This document shows positions 10,102-18,672 of a stretch of DNA of 64,000 nt, one piece after another. The notes beneath the pieces were generated by a model. That model searched no databases and was not told the DNA's origin. It saw nothing but the letters and a program-made list of their open reading frames with translations. Both the position numbers and the translations under genes were made by a program. Source of the DNA: Minisyncoccota bacterium (GTDB taxonomy: Bacteria; Patescibacteriota; Minisyncoccia; Phycocordibacterales; UBA9973); contig JBDSNU010000017.1 of NCBI GenBank assembly GCA_039915165.1, positions 2,041 to 66,040 of the forward strand, given 5' to 3'. Position 1 is the first letter of the stretch. Each line of letters begins with the position of its first letter.

Positions 10102-10617
10102 ATGAAAATAATTTTGCTTTCCGTATTATTTTGGATAATTGCAATCGCAGTATTTGCTCAAGAAAAATGGGTACCAGTTGATGCCAATAAGAAATATCTG
10201 GCAGTAACTATTATGCCTGATGGAACATTCCAAAAAATTATTCTTGATGCAGATGAAAATGCTAAACAAGAATTTGTCCATGTAGCTTTAGCAAATACTA
10301 ACAACACTGCCCCGATTACTTTACAGCAAAGAATGTATTACATTGGTCAAACAGTTAATACAGACGACCTCTCCTCAATTTCCGAAAGTGATGCATATCG
10401 CTTTCTGGCCAATCAATTGTGTGAAAGTTGTAGTGTACAACGAGTAGTGAGTAAAAATGTAGTGACGTTTATGTGTACTCACGATTCATCCGGTAGATTG
10501 ATGCTTATACAAACGTATTGGGATCAACCAACTGCTAAATGGATTGTGAATGTCTCATACACTAACGTTGCTCATCAAACATTCAAAATCATTAAACCTT
10601 CAAGGTTTGTTTATTAA
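10102..10617 (+). CDS. Secreted hypothetical protein
   Basis: N-terminal signal peptide MKIILLSVLFWIIAIAVFA-QE. No recognisable domain. Confidence 0.45.
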   Translation: MKIILLSVLFWIIAIAVFAQEKWVPVDANKKYLAVTIMPDGTFQKIILDADENAKQEFVHVALANTNNTAPITLQQRMYYIGQTVNTDDLSSISESDAYRFLANQLCESCSVQRVVSKNVVTFMCTHDSSGRLMLIQTYWDQPTAKWIVNVSYTNVAHQTFKIIKPSRFVY

Positions 10618-10627
10618 AGCAAACTGT

Positions 10628-10672
10628 CCACATAGGCCATTACAATAATAATTGTAATGGCCTATTTTTTAT
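10628..10672. terminator. Hairpin terminator (bidirectional)
   Basis: ATAGGCCATTACAA-TAATAA-TTGTAATGGCCTAT followed by TTTTTTATT. Confidence 0.6.
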
Positions 10673-11988
10673 TGGGCGATAGAAAGATTACCATTCGCTT
10701 TGAGAGTTTCTGCTGGTTGAATAGTCATTGAACCTGATTGTATTCGAGCAAAAGCCGCCAGACCGATCATTACTGCATTGTCAGTGGCTAGCCATGGCTC
10801 CGGGAAGAGTACGACAACACCAGGCAGTTTCTTTGCTACGCGAGCAGTGAGTTGTTCTTTGAGGTAAGTGTTACCAGAAACACCACCACCAACAACAACA
10901 GTTTGAATACCAAATTCTTCAATTGCGCGCATCGTTTTTTTAGTTAATACATCGATTGCTGCATCTTCAAATGCACATGCCAGCGCTTGTTTTTCAGCTT
11001 CTGTGAGATCACGAACAGGAGCTGTCCCGAGCGTAGTCGAGGGATCTTGCACCAGATCTCGTATCGTATACAACACGGCAGTCTTCAATCCAGAAAATGA
11101 AAAATCATAATCACCTGAGTGCATCATCGGACGCGGAAATTCAAATTTATTTTCTATACCTAATAGCCGGAACTCCCTTGCCAGTTTAGAGACTGCTGGG
11201 CCTCCTGGATAGGGTAGTCCGATCATTCGCGCCACCTTATCAAAAGCTTCACCAACAGCATCATCGCGTGTCTGACCAATCTTTTCATATTCACCATAAC
11301 TTTTTGTTAATACTAGTTCAGTGTGTCCACCAGAAACGAGTAATGCCAAGAGTGGGAATTCTAATTCTTTGAATAAGTACGACTTAGTAGGAGGCAAAAC
11401 AAGAAGACCATATTGCTGGTCCTTGGTCCTCGCTAATCGCTCACCAGACGCATCAATATGGTCTTCTTGTTTTGCCTCCAGAGAAGCCTGGAATTCAATT
11501 ACCGCTGCTGTCACTACATGTCCTTCCATATGATTCACAGGAATCACTGGAATATCCCAGATCTTCGACAATACTTTTGCCGCATTGATGCCAACCCATA
11601 AAGCCGGTTCAAGTCCAGGGCCAACAGTTACTGCGATGTAATCAATGTCAGGTTTTTCATATGTATTAAAAAGGTCAACAAAACCACTAACCATTTCATC
11701 TTCCCGGTTGCAGATCGATGCAACCGTGTCCGTCAAAGCCATGTCTGATGTGGCGACGGAGGATTTGTTAATTAATACTCCAGCTTGCAGCAAAGCATCT
11801 TTTAGAAGAGGAACAATCTTTTCTGCATGCGCGCGTTTTGCCATAGCAGGGAAGACACCGCCGTATTGTGCATGAAGATCGATTTGAGATGCGAGGGCAT
11901 TGCCCAGTAATGTAATACGTTGCCCATCTTGGCTCAAAATTGAGATCCCTGTCTCGTCACAGCTAGTTTCAATAGCCAAAATTTTCAT
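10669..11988 (-). CDS. tsaD: tRNA N6-adenosine threonylcarbamoyltransferase TsaD (Kae1/Gcp family) with an internal insertion
   Basis: MKILAIETSCDETGISIL N-terminus, HMEGH metal site, LVSGGHT. Listed ORF start 12072 moved to the ATG at 11988 (MKILAIET). About 40 aa extra between HMEGH and SGGH relative to E. coli TsaD. Confidence 0.8.
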   Translation of the reverse strand: MKILAIETSCDETGISILSQDGQRITLLGNALASQIDLHAQYGGVFPAMAKRAHAEKIVPLLKDALLQAGVLINKSSVATSDMALTDTVASICNREDEMVSGFVDLFNTYEKPDIDYIAVTVGPGLEPALWVGINAAKVLSKIWDIPVIPVNHMEGHVVTAAVIEFQASLEAKQEDHIDASGERLARTKDQQYGLLVLPPTKSYLFKELEFPLLALLVSGGHTELVLTKSYGEYEKIGQTRDDAVGEAFDKVARMIGLPYPGGPAVSKLAREFRLLGIENKFEFPRPMMHSGDYDFSFSGLKTAVLYTIRDLVQDPSTTLGTAPVRDLTEAEKQALACAFEDAAIDVLTKKTMRAIEEFGIQTVVVGGGVSGNTYLKEQLTARVAKKLPGVVVLFPEPWLATDNAVMIGLAAFARIQSGSMTIQPAETLKANGNLSIAQ

Positions 11989-12062
11989 CGAATTACTATA
12001 GCATTTGATTGATTCTTTTGGAAGGTGTGGTATGATATGGCGAAATAATAAACCAATTAAAT

Positions 12063-12221
12063 ATGAGCTCAATTACTGAAAAAGATGCAGAATTAATTCG
12101 GGATGCGGTGAGATCAACTCAAAAAGTCGTTAGCTTATCTGATCACAGAAAAAAACTAGCGAAAAAACGCCAAGCTGAACAACAAAATGAACAGCTAAAC
12201 AGGCGCAGAGCGTGTTCTTAA
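12063..12221 (+). CDS. Small basic hypothetical protein (52 aa), below the ORF-track cutoff
   Basis: ATG at 12063, open to TAA at 12219-12221, followed by hairpin terminator CCCTTC-ACAT-GAAGGG plus T7 at 12254-12280. Confidence 0.3.
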   Translation: MSSITEKDAELIRDAVRSTQKVVSLSDHRKKLAKKRQAEQQNEQLNRRRACS

Positions 12222-12326
12222 CAATGTAATGTATTTACGACCCGCATCAAAAAGTCCCTTCACATGAAGGGCTTTTTTTCTTGCCAAATTATAAAAATGT
12301 GGTAATGTAATAAAAACAAAATAGTT

Positions 12327-12965
12327 ATGGAACACTCAGATAAAAAATACTTACATGAATTTCATTATCCGATATTAGAAATTTGTGGTCCTTCTGGTGT
12401 TGGTAAGTCCACATTAGTAAGAATTATGAATGAAATTTTTCCTTCGTATGAACTTTCGATTTCGTGTACTACGCGTGAACAAGACCCCCATCAAGAGGTG
12501 CATGGCAAACATTACTACTTTACTACACGAGAAGAATTTCTTCGCATGAAGTCAAATGGTGAGTTTGCTGAAACAAATCCTTTTATGAAAGGTAATTTAT
12601 ACGGCACACCGTGGTCAGAATTTTTGCGAATATTTCAAGCAGGAAAAGTACCCGCGCTCGATATTGATATAAATGGTGTTTGTCAGTTGGATAATGTTAT
12701 CCCGCGATCAAAAACATTTCGTTTGTATTTAGACGTAACACAAGAAGAGCAGCGAGCTCGATTATTGCGGAGAGGGCGAAGTACTGACACCTCAGAAGTG
12801 ATTGAAAAAAGAGTTATGTATGCCTTACAAGAAAAGGAGCAACTCCTCAAGATTGTTGAGTCTGATCCGCAAATGTTTTACATAAAAGATTACAACACCT
12901 GTGATCCAATTATGTTTGCAAATACACTTATTAATCATTTGGTTCACGGGCACCCACTAGATTAA
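12327..12965 (+). CDS. gmk: Guanylate kinase
   Basis: GPSGVGKSTL P-loop, SISCTTR, YYF, YGTP motifs in Gmk order. Confidence 0.75.
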   Translation: MEHSDKKYLHEFHYPILEICGPSGVGKSTLVRIMNEIFPSYELSISCTTREQDPHQEVHGKHYYFTTREEFLRMKSNGEFAETNPFMKGNLYGTPWSEFLRIFQAGKVPALDIDINGVCQLDNVIPRSKTFRLYLDVTQEEQRARLLRRGRSTDTSEVIEKRVMYALQEKEQLLKIVESDPQMFYIKDYNTCDPIMFANTLINHLVHGHPLD

Positions 12966-13065
12966 CCAATCCCTCACTCTACATTTTGTAGGTTGGGGGA
13001 TTTACTATTTATTAAATGTATTGCTTTTTTATAATAAAGTGTTATAATATAAAAAACAATTAGAA

Positions 13066-13431
13066 ATGAAAAAAGGGATTATTATTTTGGTTGGTCCATC
13101 CACTGAATTCAAAACAGCACTGGTTACTTGCCTCACTCAGCAGTTAACTGATTATGCTGGCATCGTTCAAACAACTGAAGTTGCTGGCATCACTAATAGC
13201 TTGGCTAGTAATATGATTTTTGTTATCGACAAAGATGAATTTACCTATGCCGGAGACATAGCTTTCAGTGTCTATCTTGATTGCACTGTTGTTGAGATGA
13301 AAGATAGAAACAAGCACACCATGGTGTTACTGTTTGATCCTGGTACCACTGATTTTCAAAAAACAGTTGAGACTATTGCTGACAGAATTTTTGAGCGCTA
13401 CCATATCTGGCGCTGTTCCGAAGAAGAGTAA
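13066..13431 (+). CDS. Hypothetical protein (121 aa)
   Basis: ORF with own terminator (CCCCACATAT-AAGC-ATATGTGGGG+TTTT at 13442-13472). No domain recognised. Confidence 0.4.
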   Translation: MKKGIIILVGPSTEFKTALVTCLTQQLTDYAGIVQTTEVAGITNSLASNMIFVIDKDEFTYAGDIAFSVYLDCTVVEMKDRNKHTMVLLFDPGTTDFQKTVETIADRIFERYHIWRCSEEE

Positions 13432-13559
13432 TCACTGTAAAACCCCCACATATAAGCATATGTGGGGTTTTGTTATGTATAAGGGAATCATTCATCACAT
13501 TGACTTTTTCATAAACTATGACATTATAGAACTAACCAAAGCACATTAAATATACGAAA

Positions 13560-13964
13560 ATGAAAAACACAGTTATTATGTTAGCAATTGCTGTAATGGC
13601 AACCTTCTGTACGAGTTGCACTCCACAAAAGGGTTCAATAATGTATTACAAAAATTTGATAAAGGTCTTAGATGAAAAAGAAGCTGAATATCTAGCACAT
13701 ATCGATCCTGTTGCTGCTGATGTTATCAGAGCGAATACTAATCGCGATGAAGACAACAGTGCTTCCGTTGCCACATACGATGCCGCTGTTCAAAAATACA
13801 AGCAAGTTTATAATCAACAGCACGGTTTGTTATTAGAAATAAAAAGTATTAGCAAAGAGATTAAAATGGCCCCGAAAGAAGATTTTAGTAAGTTTGATGA
13901 AAATCAAGCAACCACTATTCTCATGGCGACACAAATTATCGATTTCAAAATACCTAAAGAGTAA
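13560..13964 (+). CDS. Putative lipoprotein
   Basis: Signal peptide with lipobox-like ATFCTSC. Terminator at 13984-14013. Confidence 0.45.
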   Translation: MKNTVIMLAIAVMATFCTSCTPQKGSIMYYKNLIKVLDEKEAEYLAHIDPVAADVIRANTNRDEDNSASVATYDAAVQKYKQVYNQQHGLLLEIKSISKEIKMAPKEDFSKFDENQATTILMATQIIDFKIPKE

Positions 13965-14054
13965 TAATAACCACACATTGCTAAGAGACCAGTTCATCCT
14001 GGTCTTTTTTATTGACTTTTTAATAGAAAAAGGTATGGTAAAGAAAACATAAAG

Positions 14055-14492
14055 ATGAAAAAATACTTATTATATGCCGTAGTGTCATGTGCGATAGTAT
14101 TGACCACTACTCCTACGTATGCACAAATAGACCGTGTGCCACCTCTGAGTCTGGAACCAAGCGAGTTGGCCGGACAAAAGATTTGTCAGTATTATTGTCC
14201 TGATACATTGCACCTGATACAAGCTAAATATCTGAAACATACAACAGTACTTCCTGCCGGCACGCAACTTGGAGGAAATCAAATCAGTATGGACTTGGCT
14301 ATTAATTGTGCGATATATTTAGCATCAGACACTGTCACATTTCTTCCTTCCAAAAAAATATGGAATGGTATCCGTACTACCGATGGCATGCTCATCCTGT
14401 TTTGGGAAAAAGGGAAGTGGATACTCTGGTATGACAAAAAGAATCCCGATCAAATTGATCAGGAAATACAACTCTTCACGTACACAAATTAA
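14055..14492 (+). CDS. Secreted hypothetical protein
   Basis: Signal peptide MKKYLLYAVVSCAIVLTTTPTYA-Q. Terminator AAAAAGCCGCT-GCAAG-AGCGGCTTTTT at 14498-14525. Confidence 0.45.
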   Translation: MKKYLLYAVVSCAIVLTTTPTYAQIDRVPPLSLEPSELAGQKICQYYCPDTLHLIQAKYLKHTTVLPAGTQLGGNQISMDLAINCAIYLASDTVTFLPSKKIWNGIRTTDGMLILFWEKGKWILWYDKKNPDQIDQEIQLFTYTN

Positions 14493-14525
14493 AAAACAAA
14501 AAGCCGCTGCAAGAGCGGCTTTTTA

Positions 14526-14553
14526 TTGACATTTTTAATAAATAGTGTAGAGT
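14526..14553 (+). promoter_or_regulatory. Sigma70-type promoter (TTGACA-16-TAGAGT)
   Basis: The listed TTG start of ORF 14526 is actually the -35 hexamer. Same TTTTATTGAC-W-TTTTTAATA terminator-promoter module as at 14006. Confidence 0.4.
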
Positions 14554-14576
14554 TTTTAAAACGTAACATACAAATT

Positions 14577-14984
14577 ATGAAAGCAAAAAACAAAACCATT
14601 ATTATCATTGAGGTATCAGATTTGGTAACAACACTTGAGCATTCAAAAATTATTGCCGCAGGTGGAATACTCGATACAGTTACTATTAATGAGAAAAACC
14701 AAATTGAAATTGTGTTTTTAGCAGGTGGCTCTATAGAAGGTATTGAGAAAATAGTTACTGTTGTAAGCGCAGAAACAGAAGCATTTCTTAGTACGCCATT
14801 AGGTGAATTAGATTTGAGTGTATATCTTATCAATCTACTTAAAGCAAAAGATATAGTAATTATTGGCGATATTAAAAAGCATACCTGGGACGAACTTTTA
14901 AAAACCAGGGGATTTGGCGAAAAAGCCGCAAAATCACTAAAGCAGCTACTGGAAGAACACCATGTTTGTTTGACTCAAAAGTAA
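14577..14984 (+). CDS. Hypothetical protein with C-terminal RNAP alpha-CTD-like helix-hairpin-helix domain
   Basis: C-terminus LDLSVYLINLLKAKDIVIIGDIKKHTWDELLKTRGFGEKAAKSLKQLL aligns to E. coli RpoA CTD ([48 protein letters not shown]). Start moved to the ATG at 14577. Confidence 0.5.
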   Translation: MKAKNKTIIIIEVSDLVTTLEHSKIIAAGGILDTVTINEKNQIEIVFLAGGSIEGIEKIVTVVSAETEAFLSTPLGELDLSVYLINLLKAKDIVIIGDIKKHTWDELLKTRGFGEKAAKSLKQLLEEHHVCLTQK

Positions 14985-15033
14985 TTCTTGGTAAAACACA
15001 TGCAAAGCAATCTTAGAAATAAGATTGCTTTTT

Positions 15034-15177
15034 TATTTTGTGTGTACGCCCTGTCGCTCTTCGAGCTATGAGGTGGGCCCACCGCGAAGCATGAGGTCTT
15101 CGAATGCGAAGTGGTGACCCCACTGCGTGGCTTTCAGAACTTTTAAAGCAAAGTGATTATATAAAAAGTAGTATTAA
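15034..15177 (+). repeat. Cassette-boundary repeat, copy A
   Basis: TTTATTTTGTGTGTACGCC...GTGGTGACCCCACTGCGTGGCTTTCAGAACT...GTGATTATATAAAAAGTAGTATTA. Contains an internal duplication of a CATGAGGT...GCGAAG unit. Sits between convergent terminators. Confidence 0.7.
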
Positions 15178-15252
15178 TTCTCTGAGGATATTGATGAAAT
15201 AAAAAAGAGCATCACGTTAATTCGTAATGCTCTTTACTGTTTTTGAAATCCC

Positions 15253-15717
15253 TTATACAAGCTCTGTGCCGTTCTGTATCGCGAAGCGGAAGCCTCGTGA
15301 TTTAACGTAGCCTTCGAGTATGTCTACCATAGATTGACTGATACCGCGGAACTTTGTCAGCTCGGTTGCAGGCACGGAAAGCATGTCAGAAAGATACACC
15401 CAACCGCTTGCCCTTACTGCCAGACCAATGCGCGTAACACTGTTCTTGTTACCAACGGTATGGTCATGGAAGTCAATCATGAAGTCGCGCAGAGGTATCC
15501 CTTTGGCGTTCTCCATCATTTCCTGACGTTCGGAAATCTCCCTCTTCGTTAGCTTCCTCGCAAATGCAAGGTTTACGAAGATTTTATCAGGCAGGTTCGT
15601 GTTGATGGTAAAGTTCCTGTCTCCCGTGATTTTCATTGCTCCCTTTGCAAGGAGCTTAACAAGGTCTTCTTTGCCAATCTCCAGAGTGGCAGAGATGTCG
15701 TTTTTAGTTACTTTCAT
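15253..15717 (-). CDS. Hypothetical protein with C-terminal RNAP alpha-CTD-like domain
   Basis: C-terminus LAVRASGWVYLSDMLSVPATELTKFRGISQSMVDILEGYVKSRGF resembles the alpha-CTD HhH (weaker than its two neighbours). Own hairpin terminator at about 15200-15235. Confidence 0.45.
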   Translation of the reverse strand: MKVTKNDISATLEIGKEDLVKLLAKGAMKITGDRNFTINTNLPDKIFVNLAFARKLTKREISERQEMMENAKGIPLRDFMIDFHDHTVGNKNSVTRIGLAVRASGWVYLSDMLSVPATELTKFRGISQSMVDILEGYVKSRGFRFAIQNGTELV

Positions 15718-15775
15718 CAGTATAGGTTTTTAATGTTTTACATTTTTTATTTGTCCTAACCCTAGCACAAAACAC

Positions 15776-15804
15776 TTGACATGTCAACGTATTGTGGTAA
15801 TGTG
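15776..15804 (+). promoter_or_regulatory. Promoter with palindromic -35 (TTGACATGTCAA)-16-TAATGT
   Basis: Perfect 12-bp palindrome overlapping -35. Near-identical 28-nt copy at 17188-17215. The listed ORF start 15781 is the ATG inside the palindrome. Confidence 0.45.
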
Positions 15805-15906
15805 AAGGAAACACTAAAACCCAATAACGATGATAGACATACCAAATCCGCCCAAACTCGTAAGCGAGGGCCATCTCTCTCCAGAAGGAGCGGAAACACT
15901 CTTAAA

Positions 15907-16479
15907 ATGGAAGAGGCCTTTGACAAGCTCGGCTACGCCGCTGATATAGAGGAGAGCAACTCTGGCGCTGTGCTTCTAAAAAACGGTGACCTGTTATGGT
16001 TCGATTCCAATGCCGCGCCAATTGACGCTGGCGACTACGCACCGTACATCCACGGTCGTCTGACAAGTGACATGAAAGGTAGTATCTGCATTTACGATCC
16101 CGAGCACGGTTCGGAAAGGTCGTTTAAGAAATGGATAACCATGATCGAGGAAGCCGGCTCTCCTGTTAAGGAAGAAGAAACGTATGGCACGTGGGAGGAG
16201 ATATACAATATCGCCGCCAAGTACGCAGACTTCAGGAACAGCATGATTCCGCCTATCGACAACATTGAGGCCAAGGAAAAGTTCCTCGATACCAGCCTCT
16301 ACGATCTGGAGGTAAGCACACGGGTGTTTACCAGCCTTGCTGCGCAGAATATCTTGACCCCGCGCGACCTTTTAGGCTACACGGCTTCAGAACTTTTGAA
16401 ATTTAATAATTTTGGCAAGAAGACCCTTCCTGAGATTGTAGAGATTCTGAAAAGGTATGATCTTCAGCTAAAGGATTGA
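15907..16479 (+). CDS. Hypothetical protein with C-terminal RNAP alpha-CTD-like domain
   Basis: C-terminus DLEVSTRVFTSLAAQNILTPRDLLGYTASELLKFNNFGKKTLPEIVEILKRYDLQL is a strong match to alpha-CTD (ELLK..N.GKK.L.EI). Start moved from 15781 (in promoter) to ATG 15907 after GGAG. GC-rich (about 50%). Confidence 0.55.
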   Translation: MEEAFDKLGYAADIEESNSGAVLLKNGDLLWFDSNAAPIDAGDYAPYIHGRLTSDMKGSICIYDPEHGSERSFKKWITMIEEAGSPVKEEETYGTWEEIYNIAAKYADFRNSMIPPIDNIEAKEKFLDTSLYDLEVSTRVFTSLAAQNILTPRDLLGYTASELLKFNNFGKKTLPEIVEILKRYDLQLKD

Positions 16480-16523
16480 TTTATTCAAACCGCTTAAGCC
16501 CTCTCAGAAATGAGGGAGCTTTT

Positions 16524-16634
16524 TTTATTTGTGCGTGCACCGCATAGCTCGAGGTCTTCGAGAGCGACGTGGTGACCCCACTGCGTGGCTTTCAGAACTT
16601 TGTAGGAATGGTGATTATATAAAAAGTAGTATTA
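16524..16634 (+). repeat. Cassette-boundary repeat, copy B
   Basis: TTTATTTGTGCGTGCACC...CGAGGTCTTCGAGAGCGACGTGGTGACCCCACTGCGTGGCTTTCAGAACT...GTGATTATATAAAAAGTAGTATTA. Confidence 0.7.
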
Positions 16635-16707
16635 CTGTATTGGAAGTGTTAGTAAAATAAAAAAGCTTCACATCTTAATGTGAAGCTTGAAGAATTTGAT
16701 TCATAAC

Positions 16708-17127
16708 TCAGTGCGTCGGGATGACTGTTTCTTTTGTGGTGCTAATTTCCCACCTGAGCTTAAGCGCCCAGCCCTGAGCGTATGAGTCATAAAGACCCTG
16801 CATCTGCTCAAGGGACTTACATTCCATGCGCTTGTCGCCAAGGCCCTGGTCGTATATCCCGATAACCTTATCGTCTTTGCCTAGTACAGGCATAGACGTG
16901 GGTCGGCCATACAGCTCAAGCGGCCTTGAGCCCATCGCTGTGACATTGATGCCTGCGGAGCCCTTGAACCTAATAGATGCTTCATCTGCTATATTTGAAG
17001 CAATAATGGCTTCGTACCAAAAATCAGGATAGCCATCAAATGCATCTTTAACTGTGCGAATGTTTGCTTCCCATTCCTCGGCGGAAGCGCTACCTCTCAT
17101 TAGATCAATAACTTCTTGTCTTGTCAT
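16708..17127 (-). CDS. Hypothetical protein (139 aa)
   Basis: ORF with hairpin terminator (AAGCTTCACAT-CTTAA-TGTGAAGCTT) downstream. No domain recognised. Confidence 0.45.
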   Translation of the reverse strand: MTRQEVIDLMRGSASAEEWEANIRTVKDAFDGYPDFWYEAIIASNIADEASIRFKGSAGINVTAMGSRPLELYGRPTSMPVLGKDDKVIGIYDQGLGDKRMECKSLEQMQGLYDSYAQGWALKLRWEISTTKETVIPTH

Positions 17128-17187
17128 TGCAAATTTATTTAGAGTGAATTAAAAGTACTTTACTGGTTTTATAATAACAGAATGTCC

Positions 17188-17215
17188 TTGACATGTCAAT
17201 GTATTGTGGTAATGT
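17188..17215 (+). promoter_or_regulatory. Second copy of palindromic-operator promoter TTGACATGTCAA-16-TAATGT
   Basis: CCTTGACATGTCAATGTATTGTGGTAATGT, differing by one base from the 15776 copy. Confidence 0.45.
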
Positions 17216-17234
17216 AAAATAAAGTTTTAATTCC

Positions 17235-17870
17235 TTGCGGATGCAGGGTGGCTCACTTGAGCAACGGAGCATGTTCCCAGCTTCAACCTTGGGAATGTTA
17301 TTTCAAAACAATTTTCGGATGGAAATGTTAACTATCAACGACGGTCCCTCAAGGGAGGAGCTGTTCGACTCAATTCGCCGCAGCATTGATGTATGGTTTG
17401 AATTTGCACCTGTGCGTAATGGCCAAGCGCAGGTATTCTCGGTCAAGCGAGTTGTGCTCAATTATGACCAAAGCAACCATTTCTGGCACGTCATTTTCAA
17501 TGTCGGATTCAAGGGAGAGACCCTGCACGGCAAACAGTATCAGGCTTACTATTCAACAGGCAGTCGCAAGGGCTTTACCGTCGAAAAGGAGGTAAGCTTT
17601 GAACTTGTTAAAGGCGAGACTCATCATTATCCGCTCACATCGGGCGAACTGTATGCAATGCTCAAGTATTCAAAGTTATGTCCGACCTTGCACTGGAACA
17701 TGCTACACGCTCGACTTGATAAAGCCATTCCAAACTACCCGCTGACCGAAGACGTGATGAGGAGGCAGAAAAAGCTTCCGCTACTGCTGTCGAAGATAAG
17801 GAAATCCAAGAAACTGGACGCGGTGGAAAAGCACCTTCCCGAAATGATGCAACTGCTTTGCATGCCTTAA
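17235..17870 (+). CDS. Hypothetical protein (start uncertain; listed TTG)
   Basis: 211-aa ORF downstream of the operator-promoter. No domain recognised. Terminator 17884-17918. Confidence 0.45.
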   Translation: MRMQGGSLEQRSMFPASTLGMLFQNNFRMEMLTINDGPSREELFDSIRRSIDVWFEFAPVRNGQAQVFSVKRVVLNYDQSNHFWHVIFNVGFKGETLHGKQYQAYYSTGSRKGFTVEKEVSFELVKGETHHYPLTSGELYAMLKYSKLCPTLHWNMLHARLDKAIPNYPLTEDVMRRQKKLPLLLSKIRKSKKLDAVEKHLPEMMQLLCMP

Positions 17871-17910
17871 TTGCATGCTGCGCCCTGAAACCTAAAACGT
17901 TTCGGGGCTT

Positions 17911-17991
17911 TTTTATTTGCATAAGTTCTGAATACGCAATGTAGTATGTAAAAATATCTTTACATACTAGCGTTTAAAATTTGTGACCCCA
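17911..17991 (+). repeat. Cassette-boundary repeat, copy C (left-arm type 2, truncated after GTGACCCCA)
   Basis: TTTTATTTGCATAAGTTCTGAATACGCAATGTAGTATGTAAAAATATCTTTACATACTAGCGTTTAAAATTTGTGACCCCA, then unrelated sequence. Left arm shared with copy E. Confidence 0.6.
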
Positions 17992-18120
17992 AGACTTGGA
18001 TTTCCGAACTGGTCCAAGACTACTCATTGATCAAGGCGAGCATTTTTGAAATGAAAGAGTTGGATTTCTCTATCAAATAAAAAAGGCGGACATAAAGGTC
18101 CGCCTCTCAATTTACAAATT

Positions 18121-18672
18121 TTAAATTCTTTCCCTCATCCAATCAAATAGTGCCCTGCGGCTTTTGATAACTTCTGTGAGTGACGTAGGTTCAGGGTAAG
18201 GGTCAATGAACGGAGCAGCATCCTTTGTGTGAGGCTTCAGCAGTACAATGCCCGTGAGCGATCCCGCTATCACTGCAGCCATACCAATCACAACGATGAG
18301 GCTCGCGTAAGCGAAAGTGAACGCAATGGGCCCGAAGAACGCATAGTATACGATTGCCATTATCAGGCTAAATCCCAGTCCTGGCCCGATACCGACCCAC
18401 ATATCTCCCATGGTGTCCATAAAATCGTCAAAGAGGTCATCGGATGCATCGTAAGGCTTGTCTTTCTTGTTAACTACAAAGTATGACCCCAATCCGCCAA
18501 GTGCATAGACTGCCACGAGGGTAATTTTTGCAAAAAGGGCGAAATTTGAGGAGTCGTGCTCTAAGCCCCAACCCATCCGGTAAATAAGTACCCCTGCAAG
18601 AACGAATACTGCGAGTTTTGCGATCGCTACCACTGCTTTTTTCAGGAAGCTAAAGTTGAATGTTGTTTTCAT
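18121..18672 (-). CDS. Polytopic membrane protein, hypothetical
   Basis: Four or five predicted TM helices (VVAIAKLAVFVLAGVLIY, ITLVAVYALGGLGSYFVV, etc.). Confidence 0.45.
   Translation of the reverse strand: MKTTFNFSFLKKAVVAIAKLAVFVLAGVLIYRMGWGLEHDSSNFALFAKITLVAVYALGGLGSYFVVNKKDKPYDASDDLFDDFMDTMGDMWVGIGPGLGFSLIMAIVYYAFFGPIAFTFAYASLIVVIGMAAVIAGSLTGIVLLKPHTKDAAPFIDPYPEPTSLTEVIKSRRALFDWMRERI

Noticed and set aside
14526-14576. Listed TTG start at 14526 for the first alpha-CTD-like protein
   Set aside because: The TTG is the -35 hexamer TTGACA of a promoter. The first ATG with a sensible N-terminus is 14577.
15781-15906. Listed ATG start at 15781
   Set aside because: The ATG is the centre of the palindromic -35 element (TTGACATGTCAA). 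Translation cannot initiate inside its own promoter, and a downstream ATG at 15907 follows a GGAG.
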